The notes beneath the pieces are model-generated. The model was not told the origin of the DNA. It worked only from the letters and a program-made list of their open reading frames with translations, and searched no databases. Shown here in pieces: positions 20,141 through 31,100 of a stretch of 64,000 nucleotides of DNA; the stretch's first letter is position 1; every line of letters starts with the position of its first letter. The position numbers were made by a program, and so were the translations under genes. The DNA comes from Patescibacteria group bacterium. GTDB taxonomy: Bacteria > Patescibacteriota > Patescibacteriia > XYB2-FULL-38-15. The stretch is taken from contig JBAZJZ010000002.1 of NCBI GenBank assembly GCA_041650995.1, forward strand, positions 13,344-77,343, read 5' to 3'.

Positions 20141-22405
20141 ATGAAAAAAATAATCAAAAGAAAAGGCGTCGTAATTTTAATCGCGGTTTTTGTTTTAACT
20201 AGCCTTTTTACCATATTTAATAATCAATCGGTCGCCAGCCAGCTTTCTTCAGTGAGCGATACGTTGAGCCGGTTAAAAATTAGCACAGCCGCGAATCATG
20301 ATATTAGATTCGCGACTCCGACCGGCGTTGACGCCCCAACAGACACAGTCACGATTACTTTTCCGGCAGGTTTTAATCTTGGGACGATTGCTTTCGGCGA
20401 CATGGATTTGAATGTTGACGCGGCTTGCGACGGTGTTTATGAAATTTCAAAAACTTTAGCGGCCGCTCCGGGGCTAAGTCCAATTTGGGGGGCAGTGGCT
20501 GCAGGCCAGATAGTTACTTTAACTGCGCCAACTGATGCCGCAGCTGGAGAAATTGTTGCTGCATCTTGCGTCCAAATTTTGATTGGTACAAACGCGACAG
20601 GAGGTGTTAGCCAAATTACAAATCCAGCGAGTATTGGAAGTCACGTAGTTCATATTGGCGGAACTTTTGGGGATTCAAGCAATATTGCCGTGGCCATTGT
20701 TACAAATGACCAGATCGGCATTGGCGCGAATGTTAACGCGCCGACCGGAGGAGGCGCGCCGGGTACTGGCGCTACGCCGCCGATTGTTTCAAATATTAGA
20801 GTTGTAAATATTTTACAAACTTCAGCCTCTGTTCTTTGGGATACTAACGAGCCCGCTACTTCAAGAGTGAATTATGGCTTGTCTGACAGTTATGGATCTA
20901 CGGAAACCGGCGATGGCGGCGGGTTGGTAACGAGCCATAGAGTTGATTTATCAGGATTAACCGCAGATTCAATTTATCATTTCCAAATAGTGACGGCCGA
21001 CGCGGAAGGCGCCACGACTACCACGGCCGATGACATTTTCCAAACTCTTTCAGGTTCAGACATAACTGCTCCCATAATTTCTGACATTCAAGTTATAAAT
21101 ATCACAGAGACTGGAGCGACTATAATTTGGACAACAGACGAACCGGCAAATTCAAAGGTAGAATATGGTTTAACCGACTCATATGAATTAGGCGAAGTAA
21201 GCTCCACCGATTTTGCTACTTCTCATAGTTTGGTTATTTCCGGGCTTTTAGGGAATACCACTTATCATTTTCGCGTGACTTCGGCCGATTCCTCCGGCAA
21301 CGCGGCGGTTTCCGGCGATGATACTTTTACGACTTTAGCCCCACCCGACTCGGATCCTCCCATTATTTCAAATATCAGAGTTATCAATATTACTGAAACG
21401 TCGGCAACTGTGACCTGGGAAACGAATGAACGGTCTACTTCTCGCGTGAGATATGGGCTAACCGGAGCGTATACCACGGGAAATATTTTTTCTGCCGATT
21501 TAGTAACAACACACAGCATCAATTTAATTTCTCTGACTCGCAGCACGCTTTATCATTTTGAAGTTTCTTCATCTGACGGGTCCGGAAACACGGCAACTTC
21601 GGGTGATCAGATTTTTACCACTTTGCCGGACGCCGTCCCTCCAGCTAATGTTACGGATTTCACGGCGGTCCCAACCGCGGATTTAACAATTCTTTTGAAC
21701 TGGGTTAATCCAACTGACCCAGACTTTGGCGGAGTTTTGATAAAACGAAGTTTTACAACTTATCCAACAAATCCGGCTGAGGGCGAAATAGTCTTTGATG
21801 GGGTGGCTACTTCATTTGAAGATACTGGTATTACTTCCGCAAATTATAATCAGCCAATTTATTATACAGCTTTTGCTTATGACGCGGCCGGAAATTTTGC
21901 TTCAGGAGCAATGGCAGAAGCAACAATTTCAGTTGAGATTACTTTGGACATTAAAGCTTGGCCGGAAAAAAGATGGCCGCGGAGCGGGAATTGGTCAACA
22001 ATAGGTTTGGTTGATTTAAGGGAACCAATAACCGGAACTATCGCAGATGAAGGATCGGTTACAACTTCTTCTCTTGGGCAGGGCGCGGTTCAGTTTACTT
22101 CAATTTCCGGCGGAAATTATGACATAGGTTTTAAAGGTCTATCTCATTTACGAAAAATTTTGCGCGACATACCGCTTTCTAACGGCGTAAATTCAGTGGA
22201 CTTTACCTTAGGAAATATTTTTTATCTTTTAGCCGGAGATGTTCATCGTTCATCTGATAATATGGTAAACGCCCTGGATATTTCCACCCTTTTAGGTGCG
22301 CTATCCACGGGAAACGAAGTTACTGATTTAAATCGTGATACTGGCGTCAACTCTTTGGACATTAATATTTTGTTGGCGAACCTGATGAGAGTAGGGGACA
22401 ATTAA
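20141..22405 (+). CDS. Secreted protein: N-domain shared with 17816 gene, three FN3/PAP-N repeats, C-terminal dockerin-like module
   Basis: SD AAGGAGG; repeats W.TNEPATS.V.YG...H.V.LSGL...YHF; DLNRDTGVNSLDINILLAN. Confidence 0.8.
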   Translation: MKKIIKRKGVVILIAVFVLTSLFTIFNNQSVASQLSSVSDTLSRLKISTAANHDIRFATPTGVDAPTDTVTITFPAGFNLGTIAFGDMDLNVDAACDGVYEISKTLAAAPGLSPIWGAVAAGQIVTLTAPTDAAAGEIVAASCVQILIGTNATGGVSQITNPASIGSHVVHIGGTFGDSSNIAVAIVTNDQIGIGANVNAPTGGGAPGTGATPPIVSNIRVVNILQTSASVLWDTNEPATSRVNYGLSDSYGSTETGDGGGLVTSHRVDLSGLTADSIYHFQIVTADAEGATTTTADDIFQTLSGSDITAPIISDIQVINITETGATIIWTTDEPANSKVEYGLTDSYELGEVSSTDFATSHSLVISGLLGNTTYHFRVTSADSSGNAAVSGDDTFTTLAPPDSDPPIISNIRVINITETSATVTWETNERSTSRVRYGLTGAYTTGNIFSADLVTTHSINLISLTRSTLYHFEVSSSDGSGNTATSGDQIFTTLPDAVPPANVTDFTAVPTADLTILLNWVNPTDPDFGGVLIKRSFTTYPTNPAEGEIVFDGVATSFEDTGITSANYNQPIYYTAFAYDAAGNFASGAMAEATISVEITLDIKAWPEKRWPRSGNWSTIGLVDLREPITGTIADEGSVTTSSLGQGAVQFTSISGGNYDIGFKGLSHLRKILRDIPLSNGVNSVDFTLGNIFYLLAGDVHRSSDNMVNALDISTLLGALSTGNEVTDLNRDTGVNSLDINILLANLMRVGDN

Positions 22406-22424
22406 TTAAGTATCTATATATTGT

Positions 22425-25052
22425 ATGAGGAGGATAATTTGTACAATCGCCGCAATCGGATTTAGTTTTCTTCTCGGCCATTTTGCGCTCGCCGCTCGTT
22501 TTGAATTGTCTCCGGCTTCCACGGGGTTTATTATTGGTTGTGATTCGGCGGTGAATATTGAAATAGATACCGCAGGAGAAACCTCTGACGCCGCTAATAT
22601 TTTAATTCGTTATAATCCCGCGCAAATTGAAATCCGCGACGCTAATCCATCAGCAAGCGGAATCCAAATAAGAAATGGCAACGCTTACGAAGCCTATGCT
22701 GATAATATTGTTTTGCCGGGGGAAGGGTTGATCCGCCTGACGGGATTTTCTTTTTTAGAACAACTCACGGGCAGAGCCACTTTTGGCACAATTATTTTTC
22801 GTCCGAGAGCAGGTGCGGTTGGCACTGCGTTGACCGTAGAATATGTTGCCGGCAGCACGATTGATAGTAACATTGCCGAATATTTGACAAGTGACGATCT
22901 TTTGACCGGCGTGACAAATGGTTCTTACACCTTTAGCGGCGGTTCTTGCGTGGCTGATGTTACGCCACCGAGCGTGTTAAACCCCGATCCAACGCCGGAC
23001 GAACGCGACGTACCCCTTGATACAAATGTTATTTTTGATATTCGTGACAGTCAGTCAGGAGTTGATTTGGATAGTTTAACGGTAAACGTGGATGGTATAA
23101 TTTACACGCGAGGAGGAATAAATAGATTTTCTTTTGTCGGGACTCCGGAGTCATACGCCGTGGCGATAAATCCGGACACAGATTTTACTCCGGGTGTGCC
23201 AGTACTTGTGGAAATAAACGCGGCAGATTTATCCGGAAATAGGATGACGCCTTATCGCTATATTTTTAATCAGCCAGCTGCCCCACCGCCCGAGCCGCCG
23301 TCTTGCGAAGCGCTTGGGTGTATTTCACCAGCCACTTGCACGGCCGAGCCTGTTTTGCCAGAAGAAATTACTGAAGAGCCGACCGTTCCGGAGTCACAGA
23401 GGTTAAATCTTGGAGATTTTTCATTTTATATTGCCGACGGAACCCTTCAAATTTATCCAAATAGAAATGATGAGCTTACGACTTTACAAAATTCACCACT
23501 TATAATTTCTATTTCAGAAAATAAATTTCCTCGAGAGGTGGAAAGAATAGTTTTAACCTTAAATAGTTTTTCTTACCTTTTGGGTTATAATGAAATTTCC
23601 GACGCACGGCAAACGACAATCCAAACGCCCTCTACTGCGGGAAAATTATCAAGCGTGATTTTAGTTGATTATAAAGATGGCTCTCATGACAGAATTCTTG
23701 GAACGCTTTCGCTTTTGTCGCGCGGTTTTATTTGGCAGGGAACAGCAGCAAATAAATTGTCCGGCGCCAAGGTGACGCTTTATGAGAGCACGGCGGGTTC
23801 CAGAGTTTGGGATGCCACTCCTTATCATCAAATCAATCCACAAATAACGGACGCTTCTGGTCAGTTCGCTTTCCTGGTTCCGCCGGGGCGATATTATTTA
23901 CTTGTCCAAAAGGACGACTACCGTGATCAAACCACATCGGTTTTTGAAATAGCAAACAACGTTGTTAATCAAAGTGTAGAAATTCTTATAAAACCGCCGT
24001 CGCTTTCCGAAGTTTGGAACCCCGAAGGGCCGATTACTGAAAATATCCAGAATGTTGCGAAAAATTTAGGAGAAAAAACAATTTACGCCTCTGAGATTGT
24101 CCGCAAAGATGTTTTGGACAATCCTGAAGTAGAAAAAAATAATGAAAGTATTGCCGTGCCGACCGTAGCCGCGGTCGCGATCGTAAGTTATGGAACAGCA
24201 ATTTCTCTTGGCTCGCTTTTACCATTTTTACAATTGATTTTTACCCAGCCGCTTCTCCTTCTTTTCCCAAAACGAAGAAAAGGTTGGGGCATTGTTTATC
24301 ATTCTTTATCAAAAATGCCGGTTGATCTGGCAATAGTTCGTTTGTATGAAAAAGTGACAAACCGCCTGGTCCAAACTCGCGTCACGGATAAGGAAGGCCG
24401 TTTTGCTTTCTTTGTCCAGCCGGGTCAATATTTTATCAAGGTTGTTAAACCAAATTTTGCTTTCCCGTCCAATTTTGTAAAAGATATAAAAGAAGATGTT
24501 AAATATTTAGATATTTATCACGGCGAAGAAATTACGGTGACGGAAAAAAATACGCTCGTGACGCCGAACATTCCGATTGATCCGGTAGAGGGCACAGCTA
24601 AACCTGATAAAAAAATTGTTCTCGCGCATTTTGGAAGAAAGGCACAAAACATCATCGCGCCGCTCGGCATTCTTGCTGCTGCTATTTCGGTTTTAATTTC
24701 GCCGCAACTTTGGATGGTCGCGGTTCTGGCTGGCCACTGCCTTCTGTACGCACTTTTTAGACGTTTGGCCAGAAGCAAAAAACCAAAGAGCTGGGGCATT
24801 GTTTACGAAAATCAAACAAAGGCGCCGGTGGGGCTCACAGTGGCAAGAATTTTTGAAACGGAATACAATAAGCTTTTGGAAACTCAAGTTACGGACGGTC
24901 GCGGGCGATATTCGTTCTTGGTTGGCAATAATGCTTATTATGTGACATTCAGCAAGCCTGGCTTTGCGCCGAAACGGACTGAGACGATTGATCTTCGCGG
25001 GAGAAAAGAAGGCGCGGCCGTAGGGTTGGATGTGGGGTTGGATAAAGTATAG
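22425..25052 (+). CDS. Cohesin-like plus Ig-like plus carboxypeptidase-regulatory-like repeat membrane protein
   Basis: N-terminal LSPAS...VNIEIDT...IRYNP...FGTIIFR; three TD..G.F.F.V.PG.Y motifs; TM segments. Confidence 0.72.
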   Translation: MRRIICTIAAIGFSFLLGHFALAARFELSPASTGFIIGCDSAVNIEIDTAGETSDAANILIRYNPAQIEIRDANPSASGIQIRNGNAYEAYADNIVLPGEGLIRLTGFSFLEQLTGRATFGTIIFRPRAGAVGTALTVEYVAGSTIDSNIAEYLTSDDLLTGVTNGSYTFSGGSCVADVTPPSVLNPDPTPDERDVPLDTNVIFDIRDSQSGVDLDSLTVNVDGIIYTRGGINRFSFVGTPESYAVAINPDTDFTPGVPVLVEINAADLSGNRMTPYRYIFNQPAAPPPEPPSCEALGCISPATCTAEPVLPEEITEEPTVPESQRLNLGDFSFYIADGTLQIYPNRNDELTTLQNSPLIISISENKFPREVERIVLTLNSFSYLLGYNEISDARQTTIQTPSTAGKLSSVILVDYKDGSHDRILGTLSLLSRGFIWQGTAANKLSGAKVTLYESTAGSRVWDATPYHQINPQITDASGQFAFLVPPGRYYLLVQKDDYRDQTTSVFEIANNVVNQSVEILIKPPSLSEVWNPEGPITENIQNVAKNLGEKTIYASEIVRKDVLDNPEVEKNNESIAVPTVAAVAIVSYGTAISLGSLLPFLQLIFTQPLLLLFPKRRKGWGIVYHSLSKMPVDLAIVRLYEKVTNRLVQTRVTDKEGRFAFFVQPGQYFIKVVKPNFAFPSNFVKDIKEDVKYLDIYHGEEITVTEKNTLVTPNIPIDPVEGTAKPDKKIVLAHFGRKAQNIIAPLGILAAAISVLISPQLWMVAVLAGHCLLYALFRRLARSKKPKSWGIVYENQTKAPVGLTVARIFETEYNKLLETQVTDGRGRYSFLVGNNAYYVTFSKPGFAPKRTETIDLRGRKEGAAVGLDVGLDKV

Positions 25053-25114
25053 GAAATAGGAAAAACAAAAAACAAAAAAGTTAAAACAGAAAGCAAAAAC
25101 AAAAAGTACCCAAT

Positions 25115-28100
25115 ATGTTTAGTTCAGGAGAAGAAAAACCGAATATTAGAATACCATCCCAAGGCGGAACCAACTTGACTCTGTTGGTGTTTGTCTTGGG
25201 TATTTTGTCATTAACAAGTATTGGGATAATGACGCTTTCTGTTGTGAAACAACTCCGGCCAACAGCTTTTACGGCGATTAATAAGCAATTAAACTATCAA
25301 GGTAAATTACAAAATAGCGGAGGGATTACGGTGGCGGATGGTAATTACTTAATGAAGTTTTCTATTTATGATGCGGCTTCCGGTGGGTCGCGGCTTTGGA
25401 CAGAATGTGGGACGACCGGTACGCCGACTGCCCGTACAGTCGCGGTCGCGAACGGGGTTTTTTCCGTAATGCTTGGCGATACAAATTCCGATTCTTGTCC
25501 GGGTGGAACCGATTCAAACGCCATCAATTTAGATTTTAATAGTGATAGTTATTATCTTGGTCTAACCGTGGAATCGGATGCGGAAATGGAACCAAGAAAA
25601 AGAGTTGGCGCTTCGGGCTACGCTTTCAACGCCGATTTATTGGATGGACTTAACACTTCCGCCGCCGGCGGTTCGTTCGCTTTTGTGCCGGTGACAGACG
25701 GAAGCGGACATTTAACTTTGACGCAAAATTTAACTTTGGGTGGAGTGATGAAGGCGAGTGACGGCGCTGTCGGCGCTCCGAGCTATACATTTACAAGCGA
25801 CCTTGATACGGGGCTTTACTATTCAGCAACACAAATAAATGTTGGTGTTGGCGGAGCAGCGGTGGCAAACGTAAGTGCTTCAGGATTAGCCGTAGACACG
25901 GTCAAAACTTTAACCGCAACAACATTAACTTTAAAAGGTACTGTTGCCGACGGTGGAACTGCGGTTGGTGCAACAATTGGTTCCAACAATACTCTTTCCA
26001 CTGCCGGGGCGAAACTTGTTAGTTTTGTAAATAACACTACCGAAAAAGCATATATTGATAAAGACGGCGTGGGGTATTTTTCTGGTGGAAATTTTTCCGG
26101 CCTCTCTGCTTCATCCGCGGTCTATACTGACGCTTCAAAAAATTTAACTTCAACTGCTCCGACTTCCGGCTCAATCGGATACTGGTCTCGCACGAGCACA
26201 ACTTTGTCTCCGGCGACGGCGAATGATGTTGTCGCAGTTACTGGTAATTCCGGAGATCTCTTAACTTTAACTTCAACTGCCACGGGTGCGGACAACAAGG
26301 CTTTAAACATTGCCGCCTCTGGCGCGACAACTGGCACAGACTACGGCGCATACATTTCAAACACCGGCGCGGGGACAACAAATGTGGGCCTCTATGTCAC
26401 GGCCTCTGGTGCGGTGACAAATAATTACGCCGCGATTTTCGCCGCAGGAAATGTTGGTGTTGGTATAACTTCGCCGGCTTACACTCTTGATGTTTCCTCA
26501 TCGGGTACGAGAGCAGTTAATGCTATCACATCAAACAATAGCGGTTATGCAATTTACGGAACAGCTTCCGCCACCGGCGCAGTCACAAACTATGGTGTTT
26601 ACGGCGCGACGGCTGGTGATAGTGGCCGCGGCGTTTATGGTACTGCTTCAGCCACTGGCGCAGTCACAAACTACGGCGGATATTTTTCTTCCGCGGGAAA
26701 TAGTGGCCGCGGCGTTTATGGTACTGCTTCTGCTACCGGCGCAGTCACAAACTACGGCGGTCTTTTTTACGCAGCAGGAAATACCGGGTATGGTGTTTAT
26801 GGTCACGCTACGGCTACCGGCGCAGTAGGTAATACAGGAGGTTATTTTAGGGCTGACGGAGGTAGTGGCGTTGGCGTAACAGGCACAGCCCCAACCACCG
26901 GCGCAGTCACAAACTACGGCGGATATTTTTCTTCCGCGGGAAATAGCGGTCGAGGTATTTCAGCAGTCGCCACGGCCACTGGCGCGGTTACAAACATAGG
27001 CGGTGCTTTTTCCTCTGCTGGCGACACAGGCATTGGCGTGCAGGGCTCGGCAACGGGTAGTGGAGGTGTAAATTACGGTGTGTATGGTACCACATCTTCC
27101 GCTACCGGCTGGGGTGGTTATTTTTCCGGCGGGCTTGGTTTGTATGCCTCTGCAGCTCGCATCAATTCTCTTACCGCCTCCTCTGCAGTTTACACTGATG
27201 CCTCAAAAAATTTAACTTCAACAGCTCCGACTTCCGGCGCGCTTGGATATTGGTCTCGCACAGGCACGGTTTTAAGCCCAACAACTTCTGGCGATACTGC
27301 TACAGTGGCGGGGTTGAACGTTAATTTTGGTCCAATCACCAATGCTTACGTCGCCATTAACCCCTGGTATCAAAATTCTATTGGTTCCGCAAATGGCATA
27401 GGTCTTCCAATGAATCGTTTGCTTGGTTCCAATACCGGCCGCCACACAGTCACAACTACTGGTTTTTCCGGCGGAACTAGTGTTTTATACGACAGTTTTT
27501 ATGATTCCGCGGCAATAATTCCTTATGGGGGAACCGGTACGGTGGAAGTTGACTTTAATCCCCAAATGGGATGGACAGATAATACGGCAAGTCCGAGTTT
27601 TACCTACGAGAATGGTATGCTCGTGATGAGTTTTTATTACACTTATTTTCCGACTAATATTACGGTGGAAATGTATCATTATAATTCCGTCTCGCTCGTG
27701 GATGAGTGGACTACAATTTATACCACGGCAAGCAATAATAAAAATCCGTTAATTGTTAATACATCACCGACAATTACTTATATTAAAAAGATCAAATTTA
27801 CTTTTTCCGGTGGTGGTGACCCGGGTTTGGGCATAAGAATTGCTGAGCTAGAATGGTTCCCAACTCGTGAAAGTTCGGCGAATCAGTTGGCCGTTATCCC
27901 AAAATATTATAATCAGAACATGGATGTTTCTTGGACGAATTTGAATATGAAAAAGACGACTGATTGGAGCACGACCGCGACAATTTCAAATGCCGGGGCC
28001 GCGTACTTTGTCGGACCAGTCGGCATTAATGATACTTCCGCGGACGCATCTTTAGAGGTTGTCAATGACGGTTCGGGAGATTCGTTCTTGGTCGCCGACA

Positions 28101-31100
28101 CAAACGACGGCGACACTACGCCATTTGTTATTCAGGCGGACGGAGATGTTGGCATTGGTACGGCGGCTCCGGTTAGTTTGTTACATTTAGTAAAAGATTC
28201 AACTTATAACAGTGAAAATACGGGAGCTATTAAAATAACAGACTCAACTTTGACTGACACAGGTCTTATTATAGGAACGGATGCGACTAATGATATTGGT
28301 TACATTCAATCCCTAGACCCCGGAACGAGTTATACAACTCGGCCATTGATATTAAATCCAAACGGGGGTTATGTCGGCATCAGTGATATTTCTCCCGCTG
28401 CGCTTTTTACTGTTGGTAGTGGCGACCTTTTTCAGGTTAATTCTTCCGGCGCTATCGCCGCGGCAACGGGCATTATTTCCAGCGGCACAATTCAGTTTAC
28501 TGGCCTCACGGCTTCTTCCGCCGTCTACACTGACGCTTCAAAAAATTTAACTTCCACCGCTCCGACTTCCGGCGCGATCGGATATTGGTCTCGGAGCGGA
28601 ACAACTTTATCTCCGGCAACGGCCAACGATGTTGTTTCAGTTTCGGGTACCGGCGCGATCGCGATTACCGGGACAAGTTCGGCAGCTGGTGGATATGGTA
28701 TTTACGGCACTGCCACAGACGCAACAGCAGTAGCAAATTACGGCGGATATTTTATAGCCGCAGGAACGGGGAGCGGCACAGCAGGTGTTTACGGCGAATC
28801 TACAGCGACAGGCGGTTTTAGTCCATTTTATGGTGGTTATTTTACCGCGGCTGGTAATCTTGGAGTCGGTGTCCAGGGCGTGGCTACGGCCACAGCCTTT
28901 GCTACAAATTATGGCGTTTACGGTCAGGCTGATGGAGATACGGGCGTTGGTGTTAGGGGTTTAGCCAGCGGGACTGAGGGGATAAATTACGGCGGTTATT
29001 TTTGGTCAAATGGTCCGGGCGGCTATGGAGTTTATGGCCGGGCTAACTCTGGTACGGGTACAACTTATGGTGTTTATGGCGAAGTCATTTCTTCAAGCGG
29101 TTGGGCGGGATATTTTGACGGCGGGCTTGGTTTGTACGCTTCCGCGGCGAGAATAGATTCTCTCTCTGCCTCCTCCGCCGTCTACACTGACGCTTCAAAA
29201 AATTTAACTTCCACCGCTCCGACTTCCGGCGCGATCGGATATTGGTCTCGGAGCGGAACAACTTTATCTCCGGCAACGGCCAACGATGTTGTTTCAGTTT
29301 CGGGTACCGGCGCGATCGCGATTACCGGGACAAGTTCGGCAGCTGGTGGATATGGTATTTACGGCACTGCCACAGACGCAACAGCAGTAGCAAATTACGG
29401 CGGATATTTTACCGCGGCTGGGACAGGCACTTTGACTGCCGGAGTGTATGGTGAAGTTACTGCCACAGCGGACAATATTGCCGGAGTTTACGGGAAAGCC
29501 ACCAACACTGGCGCTTACATAAATTACGGCGGCGCGTTTTTTGCCAATGGTGAAAATGGTCGTGGTGTTTATGGCGAGGCGGTTTCCAATGCCGCAGCTA
29601 CAAATTATGGAGGGTACTTTGTCGGCGGCGGCACAGCTGCCAACACAGCTGGCGTTTACGGACAGGCGACAAATACTGGCGCGGTAGCGAACTACGGTGG
29701 GTATTTTTTGGCGGAAGGTACGGGTTCTGCCGCGGCTGGCATCTATGGCGAAGCTTCTGGCGCCGGCTCGGTTTATGGTGTTCAAGGAGCTGCAACTGAT
29801 ACTGGTGCAGTAGCAAACTATGGCGGATATTTTACCGCAGCAGGAACAGTAACTGGAGCAACCGGGGTTTATGGCGAAGCAAGTGGCGCAACAAATTTAG
29901 CATTGGGTGTTCATGGAGTTGCTTCAGCCACTGGCGCAGTCACAAACTACGGCGGTGTGTTTACCGGTGCCGGCAATACGGGACGCGGCGTTTATGGCGA
30001 AGCCACGGCCACCGGCGCTTACACAAACTACGGCGTTTATGGCATGGCTGTTGGCGATACTGGCAGGGCTGTTTATGGAACGGCCCAGGCCACTACTAGC
30101 GCAGTGAATTATGGAGGTTATTTTGTGACGCACGGAGATGGCACTTTTGCAGCTGGTGCTTATGGCGAAGCTTCTGGCGCCGGCTCGGTTTTCGGCGTTA
30201 TTGGTTATGCTTCAAACAGCGGCGCGGTCACAAATACTGGCGGAGCATTTACGGCCAACGGTGAAACTGGCCGGGGCGTTTATGGCCAGGCTTCAAATTC
30301 TGCTGCCACTGTAAACTATGGTGGTTATTTTATAGCAGATGGTGCAGGCGCAGGAACAGCTGGTGTTCGTGGCATTGCAAACGGAGGGGCCGCAGTGTAT
30401 GGCGTCTATGGTTCTACTATAAGTGCGAATACTGGTGCAAGCGGTGTCTATGGCGAGGCTTCTGGCGCGGCCAGCGAGGTTATTGGCGTTCAGGGCGCAG
30501 CATCCAGTTCTGGCGCAGTAGCAAATTACGGCGGATATTTTGCTGCATTTGGGTCGGGTACTGGTGCAAGTGGTGTTTATGGCTTAGCCACGGCTGTTGG
30601 TATAGTCTATGGCGTTCAGGGGCGAGCGTCGGCTGTTGATAATGCTACAAGTTATGGTGGATATTTTACAACAGAAGGATATACCGGTCGCGGTGTTTAC
30701 GGTTACGCTGAGTACATCGGCGCCACAGTAAACTACGGCGGTTATTTTGAAGCAAATGGTGCAGGCGCGGGCACAGCCGGCGTGCGCGGTATTGCAAATG
30801 CTAATGCCGCTGTTTACGGCGTCTATGGTTCAACCTCTGGCCAAGCTTCTGGCGCAGTTGGTGTCTATGGCTTGGCTTCTGCTGCAGCAGATGTTATTGG
30901 CGTCCAAGGCGCAGCAACAAGTGCCGGCGCTTATGAAAACTACGGCGGATATTTTTATGCTGCGGGTAATTCGGGTAGGGGTGTTTATGGAACGGCAGTA
31001 GCCTCAGGCGCGGTTACAAACTACGGTGGATATTTTCAGGCAAGTGGTAATTCCGGCAGCGCTGTCTATGGATTAGCATCTGCCACTGGCGCAGTCACAA

